DNA from: a bacterium | GTDB lineage: Bacteria > UBA8248 | DNA: 64,000 bases | NCBI GenBank assembly: GCA_965213685.1 | Contig: CBDBZY010000064.1 | Location: forward strand, 288,001 to 352,000 | Reading direction: 5' to 3' | In this document: positions 1 through 17,228 of the stretch, one piece after another | How positions within the stretch are numbered: position 1 is the stretch's first letter | Layout: every line of letters begins with the position of its first letter | Notes under the pieces: generated by a model | Told to the model about the DNA's origin: nothing | What the model saw: the letters and a program-made list of their open reading frames with translations, nothing else | Database searches by the model: none | Made by a program: the position numbers and the translations under genes

Positions 1-609
1 GAGCTCTGGTGTAGATGATCATGTTCATTATACTTTCATTTCAATCTAAGACTTGAGTGCTGCATTATGACATCTTGTCTCCACACAGGTAGACACTTGT
101 ACAGATCAGTTAGTGGTCATGGACTGCCTAGTAAGCATATGTACAGTAATTCCAGTGTTTATGCTCAAATTATCATGTTTCAGTACACTTTCTCAGTGAG
201 CATGCAATATGATCCACAAGCACATACATAAGCAAGTACAATGAAGACAGGTAATACGCATGATTGTTTACACAGAACTTACGACGCTGGGATCACCAGT
301 ACTGCCTTCACATACTGCAGGCTTGCATGGCATGTATAAATATTCATATTTGCCCTCTGAGCCTGTAGATTTAGCACTACATGGAATATGAAAATGAAAA
401 AAGATGACAGTTAATGTTGTAACAAACATCTAAAGGTTGAAGATGTGCTATAATGCCAGTACTGCTGCCCAAAAATGTATAGCCAGGCTATCTTATACAA
501 TGACACATAATTATATTGAATTTGAAGGGTGGGCACCTAGCACAAGCTAAACTCTGTAGGTAAAAAAATACAATCTTTTTTGTGAGTCATCTTGTACCCT
601 TGTACCCTT

Positions 610-1800
610 ATCAGAGAGTCGGTAGACTCTCTATGTAGGGATGGCGCCGACACTCCCATAGTGCGCGTACATTGGAAAGCCTTCTTAACTCGCGAATACT
701 CGCGTTTTAAGCCTTTCTCGGCACGCGAATGGCCTATTCGACCGCTTCTCTACCCAACGATACCCCACAAGTAGCTAGAATGCATTCCTTGACTTACTGC
801 CAGATAATGGACGAAAGGTGATTTTGTTTTTCTTTCTTATTCTTCTTCTTCTTCTTTTCTTACGAGATTTCTTTCAAACGACTTTACTCGAAAGTGGCTG
901 AAGTAATCACCATAGTTCTTTCACAGATCTACTGTAATCACTACGAAGTATGATCTCTGCTAACAAAATGTTAGTATCTTCTCTACTATGGGCAGAATCT
1001 AGAACCCCAGACAACTTTACCATATTTGGAAGCCATTTTCTAATAATTATTGTCACGTGGCGCAAATTGTAAGCACGTGAGGGCGGGCCTCGTGAAGCCA
1101 CGCCTATTAATTTCTCGATGGCCAAGGCTACTCGTCTTTTGTCACTGAAAAGAGCGCGTTCTTACTTCGCCGTACGATTGTACAACGAACGTTAATGTAA
1201 CTGGTATGAGTTAGCTACTCAGATACACTGAGGAAACTACTCTAGCTCAGGACTTTTTAGAGGGGCTCAGCCAGGCTCCCAACTTCGTAAGTGACAGAAC
1301 ATGAGGTTTACCCACTCGTATCTCCGCCGCTGACTAGTAGCAATGGCTGCTCTGATCACTGATATGTTTGTTGGATTTTGAATGAAACTTGTAAGAACAT
1401 TTTGTGTACTATTGTACAAGAAAAAGTATACAAACAAGTATGAAAAACATTTTCCAAAAATGTAGAGGGATGTAGGGATGGCAGTGCCAAAAACCACAGA
1501 AACTAGGTGTAGAGATGGCAGTGTACAGGCAAGACAGGATATAAAAAGACTACACAAGCAACCCCATCCCTACATCTTTCTTTTTTCTCACCGCATGGCA
1601 TTGATTTTCCCAGAATTGTCATAGCTAAACTCACAGAACAATTTCAAGGAAAAAGAAAGATGTAGGGATGGGGTTGCTTGTGTAGTCTTTTTATATCCTG
1701 TCTTGCCTGTACACTGCCATCTCTACACCTAGTTTCTGTGGTTTTTGGCACTGCCATCCCTACATCCCTCTACATTTTTGGAAAATGTTTTTCATACTTT
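610..1800 (-). mobile_element. Helentron-associated non-autonomous element (HINE/DINE-1-like), copy 1
   Basis: One end is ATCAGAGAGTCGGTAGACTCTCT (hairpin AGAGAGTC/GACTCTCT) next to a sub-terminal TGTAGGGATGGC. Its complement GCCATCCCTACA lies near the other end. There is a ~150-bp inverted repeat (1436-1586 / 1650-1799), and the same end recurs several times in the window. Confidence 0.6.
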
Positions 1801-1917
1801 GGACACTGTGTTGAACAGATAGAAACATATTCTTATAGATTTTCCTCTCTCTATAATTATACAGCAAACCATTTGTATAGCTTTTGAGCAACAGAGAAAA
1901 CTATGCATATATATTTT

Positions 1918-3183
1918 ATCAGAGAGTCGGTAGACTCTTTATGTAGGGATGGCGCCGGTCCACCCATAGTGTGCGTACATTGGAAATCCGTCTTAACTCG
2001 TGAACGCTCGCGTTCTAAGCCTTTCTGGGCACCCAGCTATCCTATTCCGACGTTTCTCTACCCAATGATACCCCCCAGATAGCTAAAAAGCATCCCTAGA
2101 CTTACTGCCAGGAAACGGGCGAAGTGGTGATTTCTTTTTCTTTCTGATTCTTCTTCTTCTTCTTCTTCTTAAGAGATTTCTTTCAAACGACTTTTCTCGA
2201 AACTGGCAGAAGTAATCACCGTAGTTCTTTACAGATCAACTGTAATCACTACCGCGTATGATCTGCCTTAACGGCATCTTAGCATCTTCTCAAATGAGCA
2301 GAAACTAAACGCACTGGACAACATGCCCATATTTGGAAGCCATTTTCTAATAATTGTCATGTGACACAGATTGCAAGCACGTGAGGCCTGGCCTCGTGCG
2401 CCATGTGCAATCACACGAAGCCACGCCCTAGTAATTCCTCCAAGCAAAGCTACTCATGATAGCGGCCGAGTGGCCTGTGTTTCAGCCGTATCTTACTTCA
2501 CTGTTGTTTCAGAGTCGGTAAACTGCTCGTGTAGGATTGGCACCGACGCACCAATTGCGCGTGTAAACTTACATACAAAAATGTTCTTTATAACTAGCGG
2601 ATGCTCGTGTTAGGCTTTTCAAGCCCCTTTGAACGCTAAGCAGCGTTGTGCATCTTTCTACCAAACGATACAGCGCCCCCAAGAATCAAAGTTGCATCAC
2701 TGAGCTTCGCTTCCGAGTATGATCCCAAGAAACATACTTAGCCTTGCAAGCCAGCCGTATTTTTCCGTGCACGGAGGAAGGTGTTGGTGCTTAACTTAGA
2801 GAAGGACAACCTCCTGTATAGTACTGTAGTATAGCAAAAAATGCATGCAAACAAGTATGAAAAACATTTTCCAAAAATGTAGAAGGATGTAGGGATGGCA
2901 GTGCCAAAAACCACACAAACTAGATATATGGATGGCAGTGTGCAGAGGACTACACAAGTAACCCCATCCCTACATCTTTTTTTTTAATAGAATATGTATC
3001 TAAACTTTGCTGTGAGATTACTGGAAACATCTTTGTGCAGAAAACAAAGAAGAAAAAAAGATGTAGGGATGGGGTTACTTGTGTAGTCCTCTGCACACTG
3101 CCATCCATATATCTAGTTTGTGTGGTTTTTGGCACTGCCATCCCTATATCCTTCTACATTTTTGGAAAATGTTTTTCATACTT
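1918..3183 (-). mobile_element. HINE-like element, copy 2 (adjacent to copy 1)
   Basis: Same terminal motif at 1918; body similar to 610-1100; ~130-bp inverted repeat 2854-2982 / 3054-3183; degenerate second end near 2510. Confidence 0.6.
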
Positions 3184-5338
3184 TAATTATAAAGGCTGGC
3201 TAGTCTACACTTGTCACCTGCATGTATGCAGCAATGGGGCTACTGAGGTAAAAGGAAACCTTTAGACAAAAGTGTGTAATGTTTACTGTTGGTCATCCGA
3301 AAGCTCGAGATAAGTTTTTGATAATATACTGCTGCCAATTGCTATCTGCTATATGCACGCAAGCATGCCCCCCAAGTGGACCTCAAAGAGACTGAGAGGA
3401 TACCTGCCCGAGTCGCAGGAGAGGGTCGAGGTTGGGAGCACTGATGAGGAGGCTTCGCCTCCTTAGGGGGCGTCGCCCTCACCTGGCTCCGCCAGGGTTG
3501 ACTTGGTGTACAAAGTCACCTGGTAGGTCCAGGCAACTAAAAAGGAATAAGGGTGGAGTAATCACATGCAGACCAAAGACAAAGTGAACTAAGCACACAG
3601 GTATTCATCAGAGAAATCTAAGACCTGGCAATAGTTGAGTCCCAGCTACAGTGAATTTTATAACTCAGATTGGAAACTCACTTCAGAGGAAGCCAGTGGT
3701 TCCCAAGAGATTCTCTTTGTTCAACCTCATGGCACCATACATGCACCTTTTAGTGGTATATACATTCTAGCTCGTAGACTATTTTAGTTCTCTTGATGGG
3801 TCACTCTAAACCATGCACCAACACTCAACGGCATCTGTAACATAACACCATTGTGTGTAAGAACTGTTCACTACTGGAAAGTGTAGTTGTTGTTATTAGT
3901 ATTGTCACCTACTCTAGTTACGTGCGCATGCCTGAGTTAATGAAACACCTATATATAGTCAGCACCCCACCCACTTTCAATAGAAGCGACGTCTGAGAAG
4001 TGTATTAGTACTCTGACCAGCTACAACAGTAACTACCACGGCGCGAACGAAGTTAGCTGCGCGTAAGGCTGAATTCTGTCGCGTTCAGCGCACGGGTAGC
4101 GTCGTGGTATATACATGTAGTAGTTTTCTGAGGTTCCTTAGTGGCTAGGTACATGCATGCATGTATACACAGACTTACGGGTATGAAAGGCCGATGTGGT
4201 TGAGATTAATGGTCAGCTTGTTGTCACTAGTTGTACAGCTGCAGTGGTCAGAAGATACATGGCATTGCTCGGCGCTCCTCACTAACGCTAGTCCTGCCAG
4301 AGCCAGTACTAAACACGCCCAGCGATTATCCATAGCGTTTGGAAAACACAGAAAAGGAGGGTCTTGCTAGGGTTCTTTGTGTCTATGCTGCTAAATAAGA
4401 GTCATGTGATTTGGTCTACACGCGCATGCCCACGCAGATATTGAACTTTCTACTGGCATTGTTGCAGCTACACGTGTGCACGTGGCAGCTACTGAGTCGT
4501 TTCCTATCTGTCATGGTGGGATGGGTAGCCCCTTCAGCACATGTTGCCGACAGCTACAAGTCAGGTGGAGGACAAGGAGCTGCAGGAACACTGCCTGAAC
4601 GCCGTTTGTTTTTGTATGTCCGGTTGATTTATGTTTTGTAATTATCGCGCATACCCCACGGGTCAGTCGCTACATGAACTATAGGTTTTTTTTTGTATTG
4701 TATACCACCATCTGCATTCTTTATCTCCCTTCATCCCCTCTCACTGGGGGCTAGTATTCACAAGTAAATTAAAAAATTGAAATTTCGAAGGGGATATAGG
4801 GATTGCATAAAAAGAATGGAGACAAGACCTGGATGTAGAGTACATGCTATTATTGTAACTAGTTGTCATGGGAACGACGACAATTTGTGAAACACCTTAT
4901 ATAGTATTTTCCCACGATTTTTAAGGTACAGTTAACATTTTGCATACTCTTAACTTGGATACCACTAGAAGTCAGATTGCTTCCATAGTGAAAGTGAAAA
5001 TTGCAAATTTCAAATGTACAGGTTTGATGCTGAGGACCCTGGCCAATCCCTATATACACCTACTACCATAGGTGTGATAAACTTTTGGGTCACATCTCAC
5101 CCTATGTCCATCCATCGGCGAATGAATGAGCTTAACACCTGAGTTGCAAGTAGTACCTTGCAAATTTCGCCCACTTTTCACAAGGCCACAATTTACGTGC
5201 ATCAGTCACAGCTCTATAGTCCCAAGTCACGTCTCCCATGCACGTGCAAAAATCACGTATGTAGCTCACAAGTAACAGAAACATATTACACTCAAATAAT
5301 AGCAACAATGAATGCTATTGTGAGATGTCATGTTTTAG

Positions 5339-8359
<3,021 letters not shown>

Positions 8360-9070
8360 TTTAAGCTCTACAAAGAGGAGAGTGAGTGACTACATGGAAG
8401 AGCTTCGTCCTCTACTGCAAAAATTCACCCTATAAAGGGGACACTACTTAGCTTAGAGATGGAGATGTTAACACTACAGTTCAATCTGCGTGTCAGGTAA
8501 GGGTCAGCGCTCAGTGCTTTAATGCAAGAAGGTGTATGGTCACATTGAGTTTGCATGTAAGGATGTCTGAGCAGATGGATAGGTAAGGTGTCACTGCACA
8601 TCAGGCTCATCTCTACCAGTGGTAAAAGAATGCTCTCTCTCTTCTTCTGTTTCTATCTCCTGCTCTCCTTAGCCACTTCCATTTCCCTTCCTGCATTTTC
8701 TCTTATTTCCTCTCTTTTTTCCTTCCCTATTCTGCACCCCTGACCTCCCCTCCTTTCTCATTCTCTCATTCTCTTTTCACTTCTTTTTGCCACTCTTCTG
8801 CTCGCTTGTTTCTTCCCTTCTCCTATGCACTTTCTTAGTAATGTCTTTCCCCCTCATGGAAGGTATATGTGGTATATCTTCTATGCTACACTGGCACATA
8901 CTTGCTCAGAAAATATGTGTTAAGGTACTTGTCATGCTGTCACAGTATGTGAAAATAATTTGATCAATTTTTGAATTTTCTCCATCCTCTATGCAGCATA
9001 GAACAGTATTGGTATGTTGCTATCCATTTGGTGACAGCAATGTATCGAATAGTCATACTGTACTGGTACA

Positions 9071-11001
9071 TCAAAGTTCTCGATAGCCCTGTGTTCTCTT
9101 GACACAGGGACTGATAGTAAACATAAATCCATCCTGGATGTGTAGGAATCAGGTAGATGATTATTCTAGGTGTAATGAGGTCGTACCTTGATAAGAAAGG
9201 GAAGGTCAGTCCAGAATCCATAATTGGGGATCACCTCCAATCCTCGGGCCCCCCTCCTGGTGTACATGTAGATCCCTCCGATCACAAAGTATAACACAAT
9301 AGCACCTATAGCTCTGTAAGGGATAATAGTACAGATGTAACCTTAATCTCAACACAATGGTCACAATATACACAGTAGTTTTCACAGGGTGCTTATGCCA
9401 GGCCTATACATTACATGCAGACAATAGACCACATTATACTTCTTCTTATTCAGTACATTGCCCTATTCATGCATATATTTATGTACTTCTAAATACATTA
9501 TGTGCTCTTAACATTTAATAATACTCACATGGAAATCAGCACCCAACCAACCACTCCTCCTTCTACTCCACCACCTCCACCATGTCCTCCACTGTAGGGA
9601 GCTATAGCACTCCCAGTCACTGTGAACGTCTGTGTACAGTAACCAGTAGATTATGCAATGGAAGCATATTTTCCCGAAGCTGACTTATTCTGCTGATCAC
9701 AGGTGCTAGTGTTGAAGCACATACATGTGGCAAGTAAGAAACACTATCAGTGTAGCTGTCTCCTGTGCAAGACGTCTGAGAAAACATGCCTCTTAGTGCT
9801 GTACATGGTTTTATGCTACCAAAGAAATGCACTACCACAAACATACGGATATGTAAATACATGTATGTATAATGTGATTATGATTATTTAACATACATAG
9901 AGACTGAGACCAGTGTTCTCACTCCTGAAACTGATTGATGACGCTCCATTTGTGTGCTCAAATGAGAACTTGGAGTTCCTATGTTAAAATGTCCACATAG
10001 TGACAATAAGTGTGGAGAGCAGTGGATGATTGTAATATACCTTTTAAACACGTACTGCTCTATACTTAACAACCTTTTGTCATCACCATTTTTGTATGCA
10101 ATATCAAACTTAAGTGGACTGGTGGTAGATATGGTCCACTTCATATCACTCTGTCGACCAAGTGCATGCCACGCATTTTGAGAGATCACCTTCTGGCATG
10201 CCTGTAGAAAGTTAATATAATTATAGGGAGAATGCATATTAAAACCATTTTTCATTTAGTATAATTATGCAACACCCTTTGTAACAGTACCACGTGCCCA
10301 AGTGGGGCTCACCACTGCAGGCTCAGCTGAGGTAACATCTCCACAGTGAACTTGAGTGCAGGGGCTGAACTGGAAGGTATACTTAGGTTCCGAGGGAGAT
10401 GGTACCACCCTATGAAAGTATGCATTATAATATATGTATTATACATACAATGTATGATATTTCCTATAGAGAAGTAGCTTCTAAAGCCTAATTGGTATGT
10501 ACGCATCCTTGAATTGTACATGTGTCATAAGCTGTGCAAACAAAGAGACTTATATGGCATGAATATGTGTGGATTCTCCTTTGACAGTATTCATGACTCA
10601 TGTGACTGCGTGGGGATGCCCTCTATTGGCCTGTAGGTAGCTACATGTATCCATGCGTGACTGTGTAAGAGGCAGTAACGTCTCGTCTAGTGTGGCAGAA
10701 GCACTGGGCTATAGATATACTATGAGAGTAACTACAGCACTGTATATCAATGTGCTACCGCATATATACATGCACAACTTCGCTCCTAGGCCTACGCTGG
10801 GTGTAGTTACGCGTGCAGGACTCACGGATAGTGGAAAAGACCGGAAATATCGATAGTGAGGCTTTTATTTTTGGTAGAGCAGCGACAAAAATTGTCCTGG
10901 TGGACAATGCAGTCCTCCATCGCTGTTACTAAGGCGCAGAAGGTAACAACTAAGACTACAGTAGCGAAAAACCTCCATGGTATCTCGCTGAACGCATACA
11001 T
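9071..11001 (-). CDS. Cation-dependent mannose-6-phosphate receptor/ATG27-like protein, copy 2 (7 exons, intact)
   Basis: Exons approx. 11001-10826, 10408-10311, 10201-10072, 9978-9898, 9630-9529, 9313-9188, 9133-9071 with GT-AG ends. They give MYAFSEIPWRFFATVVLVVTFCALVTAMEDC..CRC..IDISGLFHYP/..FSPC../ACQ..DDKR/..SE..LY/Gly-rich linker + TM/RRGARGLEVIPNYGFWTDLPFLIK/DGFMFTISPCVKRTQGYREL*. The GARGxExIPNxxFWxDLPxLIKDG motif is the CD-MPR/ATG27 juxtamembrane signature. Confidence 0.85.
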
Positions 11002-11629
11002 AGTTCAGTCAGGAATTATATCTCCGAATATTGCCTCGTCCGCGTTTCTCCAACATATTAAAAGTCACATGACGCAACCAATAGTAGTCTGGCGTAACCA
11101 GAAGGGTGTGGTCAGGCTACGCCAGACTAATTCTGGGGCGAACGTGAGCCAGCTTTAAGAATTCAAAAGTGCGTCAATAAAGCAGCTTTCTAATGAATTC
11201 TGAGCTCACTGGAGCTGCAAAATATTGCATGCACTACCAATTCAGAATCTATGAACTACATGCTTTCCTTTGTAGGTCTATATACTACTTTCTGGGCCTT
11301 TAATTCTGGCAGCCATCCATAAACACAGTCCTGGAAGCAAAACAGTATATATATGACAGACATTCTTGTTAATGTAACAGACACTATCTAATTGCTCTAT
11401 AGTGGTGCAATGTTTTTGAACAGCCATCATACCTCTTCCCCCCCTTCCCCTTCCCTCTCTCCCCTCCCTTCACTTTATAGACCAAACACTACAATAGATT
11501 ATAGTACTTAATACTGATAATCTGCTCCTTGTCATCAGGTCAACACAAACTGAACAGGATGCTGCAGCAGCACCATACTCTGTGTTGTACTAGAAACATT
11601 TATCTTTACATGGTATAATCAAGTAGTTC

Positions 11630-12356
11630 TGCATGGGGGTTGAGTCTATTAAGTACCTTGGACTGCTCTTGTCTTCAGACCTTTCCTGGGCACAGCATAT
11701 TGATGCAATTTGTGCAAAAGCTAAAAAACTGATTGGACTATGCTACAGATGATTTTATAAACATACAGGCCCCAAGTATTTTCTTCAACTATATCTCACA
11801 TTGATAAGACCTCATACTGTATGCAAGTCAAGTATCACAATGGAGCCCATATCTGCAAAAAGACATTGACCGTCTTGAAGGTGTGCAAAAATTTGCACTG
11901 CACATGTGCTCTAAGCAGTGGAAAGTGGGATACCATAATCTATATATGTGTACATTTTGGTGTTCCCAGTTTGAGTGACCGCAGACTGTACTTAAACCTG
12001 TGTATGATGTATAAGATAATATATACATAACTTAATTTACTTCCCAGTTGGTGTTTTTGTCCCACCTGTCATGTTTTCTTGGAAAATAAGGTTATAGCAT
12101 GGTCCAGGTCATCTGCTATATAACCAGTTGTATGTTCAGCCGTTTGCTCACACCAATGCATACTATTATTCCTTTGTACCTAGCACATGCTCTGTTTGGA
12201 ACGCTTTACCTTCCTCTATAACACAGTGTAGTACCTTAACATCATTTAAGTCGTCACTTGGAAACTTTTTGTTGTAAGGGTATGCCATGCATTAGCATAT
12301 ATACTGCTATGTGTATATCTATTGCAGAATTGCATAAACGTTCATAGAAAAAAAAT
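11630..12356 (+). mobile_element. 5'-truncated, decayed LINE (CR1/L2-like RT C-terminus) with poly(A)
   Basis: Translates to KYLGLLLSSDLSWAQHIDAICAKAKKLIGL..YRRFY..LYLTLIRPH..VQKFA with frameshifts; A-tract at ~12348-12356. Confidence 0.75.
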
Positions 12357-13639
12357 GGAGTGCACAAAGATAAGACTTGTATGGAAAGCCTCCCTCAACT
12401 CAGTTGTGTGAAAAAGACCCCTGAATGGTCAAAATGGGTTGGGCAACTTGGATTAGAAGGTCTCCAGTATTGGTGAAAAAATATTTGTTTAGAAGGGCCC
12501 TCTAAACTGGTTGATTTCAGGTATGCTGAAACTTCATGCTGGTTATTAGGCTCTTGTTTGTCCATCAATGCCAGCAGCCAACTCGTCAGCATCAAGATAT
12601 TTGTTCACTCTCTCTTCCCCTCTTGATGTACTTTTCTAGTGGAGCCACCAGAGCCTCTCTATTTTCTGTTTTTGTCCTTCAGGGGGATGTCTAACTAAGT
12701 GCAACCATGTAGTCCCCTGTCCTTGGCCTCTATCTCCCAGACGTCTTCTTCTTCTTCTGGCAATGAGCTATGTGGCAAAGTTCAACGACACTTAGAAGTT
12801 GTTTTGTTGTTCATTCCAATGACCATTAAATTTTTGGCTGCAGTATGTGGCAGCAGATTGTTGTTGAAGGGCAGGTACATGTTTTCTTGGAAAATAAGGT
12901 TATAGCATGGCCCTGACTTGTATCTTTTACTGCATGAGAAAACCTTCCCATGAACAGACAATGAACAGGAAAAGAGAATCACTGCAGCAGGAGATCTGTC
13001 AACTCAAGCCATTTAAAATCAGCAGTGTGAAGAGATGCTGATGGAAGCAGTGAAAAGCAGTGGAACTCACAAAAAGTGTCAGGAAGCCTTCATGAACTCA
13101 CAGCTACTGGACATAACCAACAGAGATTAACTGGCAAAACCACAGGCAAGCTGTTGGACCAGTAGCCAGTGAAGTGCTGGAGAAACAGAAAGAGAACTGA
13201 ACCAACTAGGAGACTTATGAGAATTTCTATTCCACCTGGTAAGGTGGAGGTCATTGGATAGGGATCTGATTAAGCAAAGCTGTGCTGGCAACCTTTGGTG
13301 AAGACCCCTGAGGCTGTTGAGAGTTATTTGGTGTGGAAACGAGAGAAGGAAAAGCAGTGGGAACGAGTAAGGGAGACCAAGAGAACAAAAATCCCCATCA
13401 AACATTCTGTAACAGTGAATATTATGAGCATTGTTAGTGATGAGTATCATGACTTGGGTTCCTCTGTCATGACTGAGTATTGGCATGATTGTGGTTCTCT
13501 CAGCCTGATCCACGGCAGTGGGAACATTCCAATCAAGCCTTCTATGATGATGCCAGCACAGAACCCCTGAGATGTGGGAAGAATGGGAGGATGTAGTCAT
13601 GAGTACACTGCTATTCAGTACATAGCTATTCATTCACAG

Positions 13640-13872
13640 TTTTAGGTTTGAAATAAAATCCCTTAAGAAGAAGAAGGTGCACAAATTGTTTTCTGTCAGT
13701 AAGTCTAGGGATGCAATATATAGCTACTTGGAGGGTATTGTGAGGTAAAGAAACATTGAAGTAGGGTAACTAGGTGCCCAGAAATCCTTAAAACACAAGT
13801 GTTTGCGAGTTAAGAAGACTTTCATATGTACACATACTATGGCTACATAAAGAGTCTACTGCCTCTCTGATA
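13640..13872 (+). mobile_element. Degenerate HINE-like element end (opposite orientation)
   Basis: CTACATAAAGAGTCTACTGCCTCTCTGATA at ~13843-13872 is the reverse complement of the family end; the 5' boundary is uncertain. Confidence 0.4.
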
Positions 13873-14013
13873 GATTAGTAGTTGCCAATGGACTGCATTT
13901 ACTTGACAATCATCAGCAAATAAAAATACACTGATCATACAAATACACAGATGACATGGCTATTTACACCACATTAGTTTTGTACATAGTGTTCTTTTAT
14001 GTTCTGTTTGTAG

Positions 14014-16349
14014 CTATGTTCTTTCATATCCTGATACTCCTCTGATTTTGTTAACACAAGGCTTGAAAGTGAACACAAATCCATCCTACAGTGGAAGTAG
14101 ACATGTGGATCACTCAGCATGTCACAGTTCACATATTGTGAATGCTAAGAACATGTATACTATATCAGATGACCTAACACACAATGCACACTGATGCTGG
14201 TGTGTGTATTATAGTCTACCTTAATGAGAAATGGCAGTTCCTTCCAGAAATGTATGTTTGGAATCACCTCCAACCCTCTGGCTCCTTTCACTTTGTAATT
14301 TACTATACTCCCAATAATGAAGTATGCAATCATCCCTGCCAGTGCACTGCAGATGGTGGTTGAAGTAATCATCAAGCGTCGCATAGATTATACATACATG
14401 TACATGATATAATTATGTTATCCTGATACAAAAGTAACAGCATAATGAAGACAGTAAAGGATGCTATGACGAAGATACCCTGCTTGATGATGCGCTCACT
14501 GTGGTGGAACTCACAGTGAAATAATGACCAATCCAATTACTCCGGCCACTCCTCCTCCTCCTCCTCCTCCTCCTCCTCCTCCAGTGCTTGGTGTGTAGGG
14601 ACCAACAACTCTTCCTGTCATTTCAAAATCCTAAAATAATGTAAAACTATAAGCAGCACAAGTATGAAGTATATAATCTGCTAGAATAATTGTAGAATGT
14701 AAATAATTTTTGCTTATAATTCATATAGAAATAACATAAAATATTTAGCCTAATTGGGAAAAGAAGTGTGCTGAAGCTGCATATGATCCGTGCATAAGAG
14801 AAAGGCTATGCTTACATAGACAAGTTGTGGATATTCTTCTACAAAGGTAATGCTAGGCTGAATGGTGTCCGAGTATGTGAAGGTGACCTTTGTCTCCCTG
14901 GAATAAGATGGGGTGTATGTAGATGGAGTAATTTGCAATGTGAGAAAGAGGGGGAAGAAACGTGAATATCCTGAAAATTATTGTGTGTATCAAAATTAAT
15001 GAGTACTGACATCCCATTATTGTTTTTCTCTGTAGAGATAATCACAAGTGTCACATACTACATTTGAGTACCTGGGTGTTCCATCTGGGCCTGGTTCTCC
15101 ATCCGAGTAGGTTATGGTGAAGTTCAGGGGCTCATACTGATAAATTGTCCATGACAATCCATTGAGTCGTCCGAGCACGAACCACCGATCAAGATCAAAC
15201 GCATACTGACACATCTATATAGAATTAGTATACACCAGCTCAAAGTAGCTTCTACTGCTTGCAAAGTACACAGGTTATTAAATAGAGAAAAACAGGTTAT
15301 TTTACGGACAGAAGTCTTAATTGCATATGTACATATAAAAAGTATATAGGGTGGTGCCAGAAGTAGAAGGTACTCCACACAATGAGCATAATAACAGTCT
15401 ACTACAGCCTACACAAAAACACAGGGAGCTGACAACCATAGTATGGATGTGGAATGACTATTGTAGTGGTTATAGTTTACTACAACGCATACAACTTATG
15501 TATGTACAGTGCAACATCACCAAAGTTGAAAGTTCACATTGTCAATTTAGTTCAAAGCACTTACTGTGCCACCCTCAATGTCAGCAGCACAGGAGATTTC
15601 CTTACATGGGCTGAATTTGTATGAATACTGAGTTGGGTTTGGAGAGATTGCTTCTACACTATGTGTGAGGAAGCACATATGATAATAAACAAACATGTGG
15701 TATATACTCTGTACATCATATAGATACATGTGTTATGCACATACAAGAGCAGTGCAAGTATCTAGATGATGTGCATAGGTGTATGCGAGGCATAAATATT
15801 GGGGGGGCTGACAAGAGTGCAAAGCCTTTAAGCACTTTGGGGAGGAGTTTATAGTTACAAGGCATCTACGATCCAGAGAAATATTGGGGGGGGGGGCTCC
15901 AGCCCCCACAGCCCCCCCCCCCCCTTATGAAATTGTAGTCTCGCGCGCCAGACCCTTGTTTTTCCAAGGGTCTGGCACGCGAGACTAATGAAATTGTGCA
16001 GAGTGAGGGGGAGGGGAAATGCTATAAGACGCACCCGCACGTCTCCGCGTAAGCTTAGAGTAGACAAACATCGCGAAGACAAAATGGCTACAAGGTGTCC
16101 GAGCAGAGGGAAGAATCAAGCCCGGTTACGCTAGCCTGTGGCCATGTAGGTACGTACGGAATCACCGCGCCCAGCTCCTTCGGAAACTTACGGGTATTTG
16201 AAATAGTGGCCAATGTCCAGGCGCGTCCCGTTACTTGTCGTGCATTGACACTTATTGCTGGAGTCTATCAAGCATGCATCTTGAGTGCACACGAAGCCGA
16301 GGAGCGCCAGGCTAAGAGCACTGAGGAGTAGCCAGCACCTATCCTCCAT
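14014..16349 (-). CDS. CD-M6PR/ATG27-like protein, copy 3 (7 exons, intact)
   Basis: MEDRCWLLLSALSLALLGFVCTQDACLIDSSNKCQC..LDIGHYFKYP/..YSYKFSPCKEISC../MCQYAF..DGTPR/ETKVTFTY..EEYPQLVY/DFEMTG..poly-Gly..TM/KVKGARGLEVIPNIHFWKELPFLIK/DGFVFTFKPCVNKIRGVSGYERT*. Intron positions and phases match copy 2. Confidence 0.87.
15936..15987. mobile_element. 52-bp hairpin micro-transposon with 9-bp TSD
   Basis: TAGTCTCGCG..CCAGACCCTTG-loop-CAAGGGTCTGG..CGCGAGACTA flanked by ATGAAATTG on both sides (15927-15935, 15988-15996). Confidence 0.85.
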
Positions 16350-16926
16350 TTTGCATCTCTTGTTTTCACACAGTAGATGCCGTGGCTTAATTATTCACTG
16401 CACTGCGAGCAAATTCACAGCCGTCTGTTTACCTATCGCATGACTGTCATAACGTCACTATGGGCGGGGCTCTGCATGTGCACAGTAGTGGTGCACTAAG
16501 ACGTAGGGCTATGCACAGTTAGAACTCTCCCGGGGGCGGAGGAGCCAGCTGAGTATTGGGGGGGGGGGGGGGGGGGGGGGGGGCGAATCTCCATCGCGAG
16601 CTCATTGTACGTACGTACGTATGTAAAACTGCCGCCCCTGTCTCCTAGTAGCTTATTGTCGGAGTCCGACATGCAGAGTCACCGTAAATGTATTACTAAA
16701 GCACCTATTCCCCGAATGTAGCAGGTAGGCTGCAATCATGTGCCTTGATATTCTGGGTTCACTCTACGAACCAGACGTTTCCCTCGTGAATGCAGCTTTG
16801 AGAATGAATATATCAGTCTCGACAGCAATAATACTTGCACAGTTCTTAGCTATATGAATAATTATGCTTGTAATTATTCATGTACAATACTACCCTCGGA
16901 CTATAGTAACGTTTGTGCGTGCGTGC

Positions 16927-17004
<78 letters not shown>

Positions 17005-17228
17005 AAAAACTTTTAAGATTTGTGCCTTCAACATGTAATATGCATGCCTAGTAATAAGTTACAGCGTCATTTGATTGAAGTTAATAATAGTAATAATGCA
17101 AAGGGAATATTATTGTGAAGAGATGCAGGCATACGTACAATATATACATGCAAAAAGCCATATGACTCAGTATAAAAAGAGCACACAGTTTCTATGTTCA
17201 CAGGCAGAGCTATACAGTCTCATACACA

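Noticed and set aside
1267-1887. Two ORFs with identical N-termini on opposite strands
   Set aside because: Artefact of the 150-bp inverted repeat.
3360-4700. GC/CpG-richer stretch suggestive of an exon or LTR/DIRS remnant
   Set aside because: No recognisable protein motif, terminal repeats or consistent splice pattern found.
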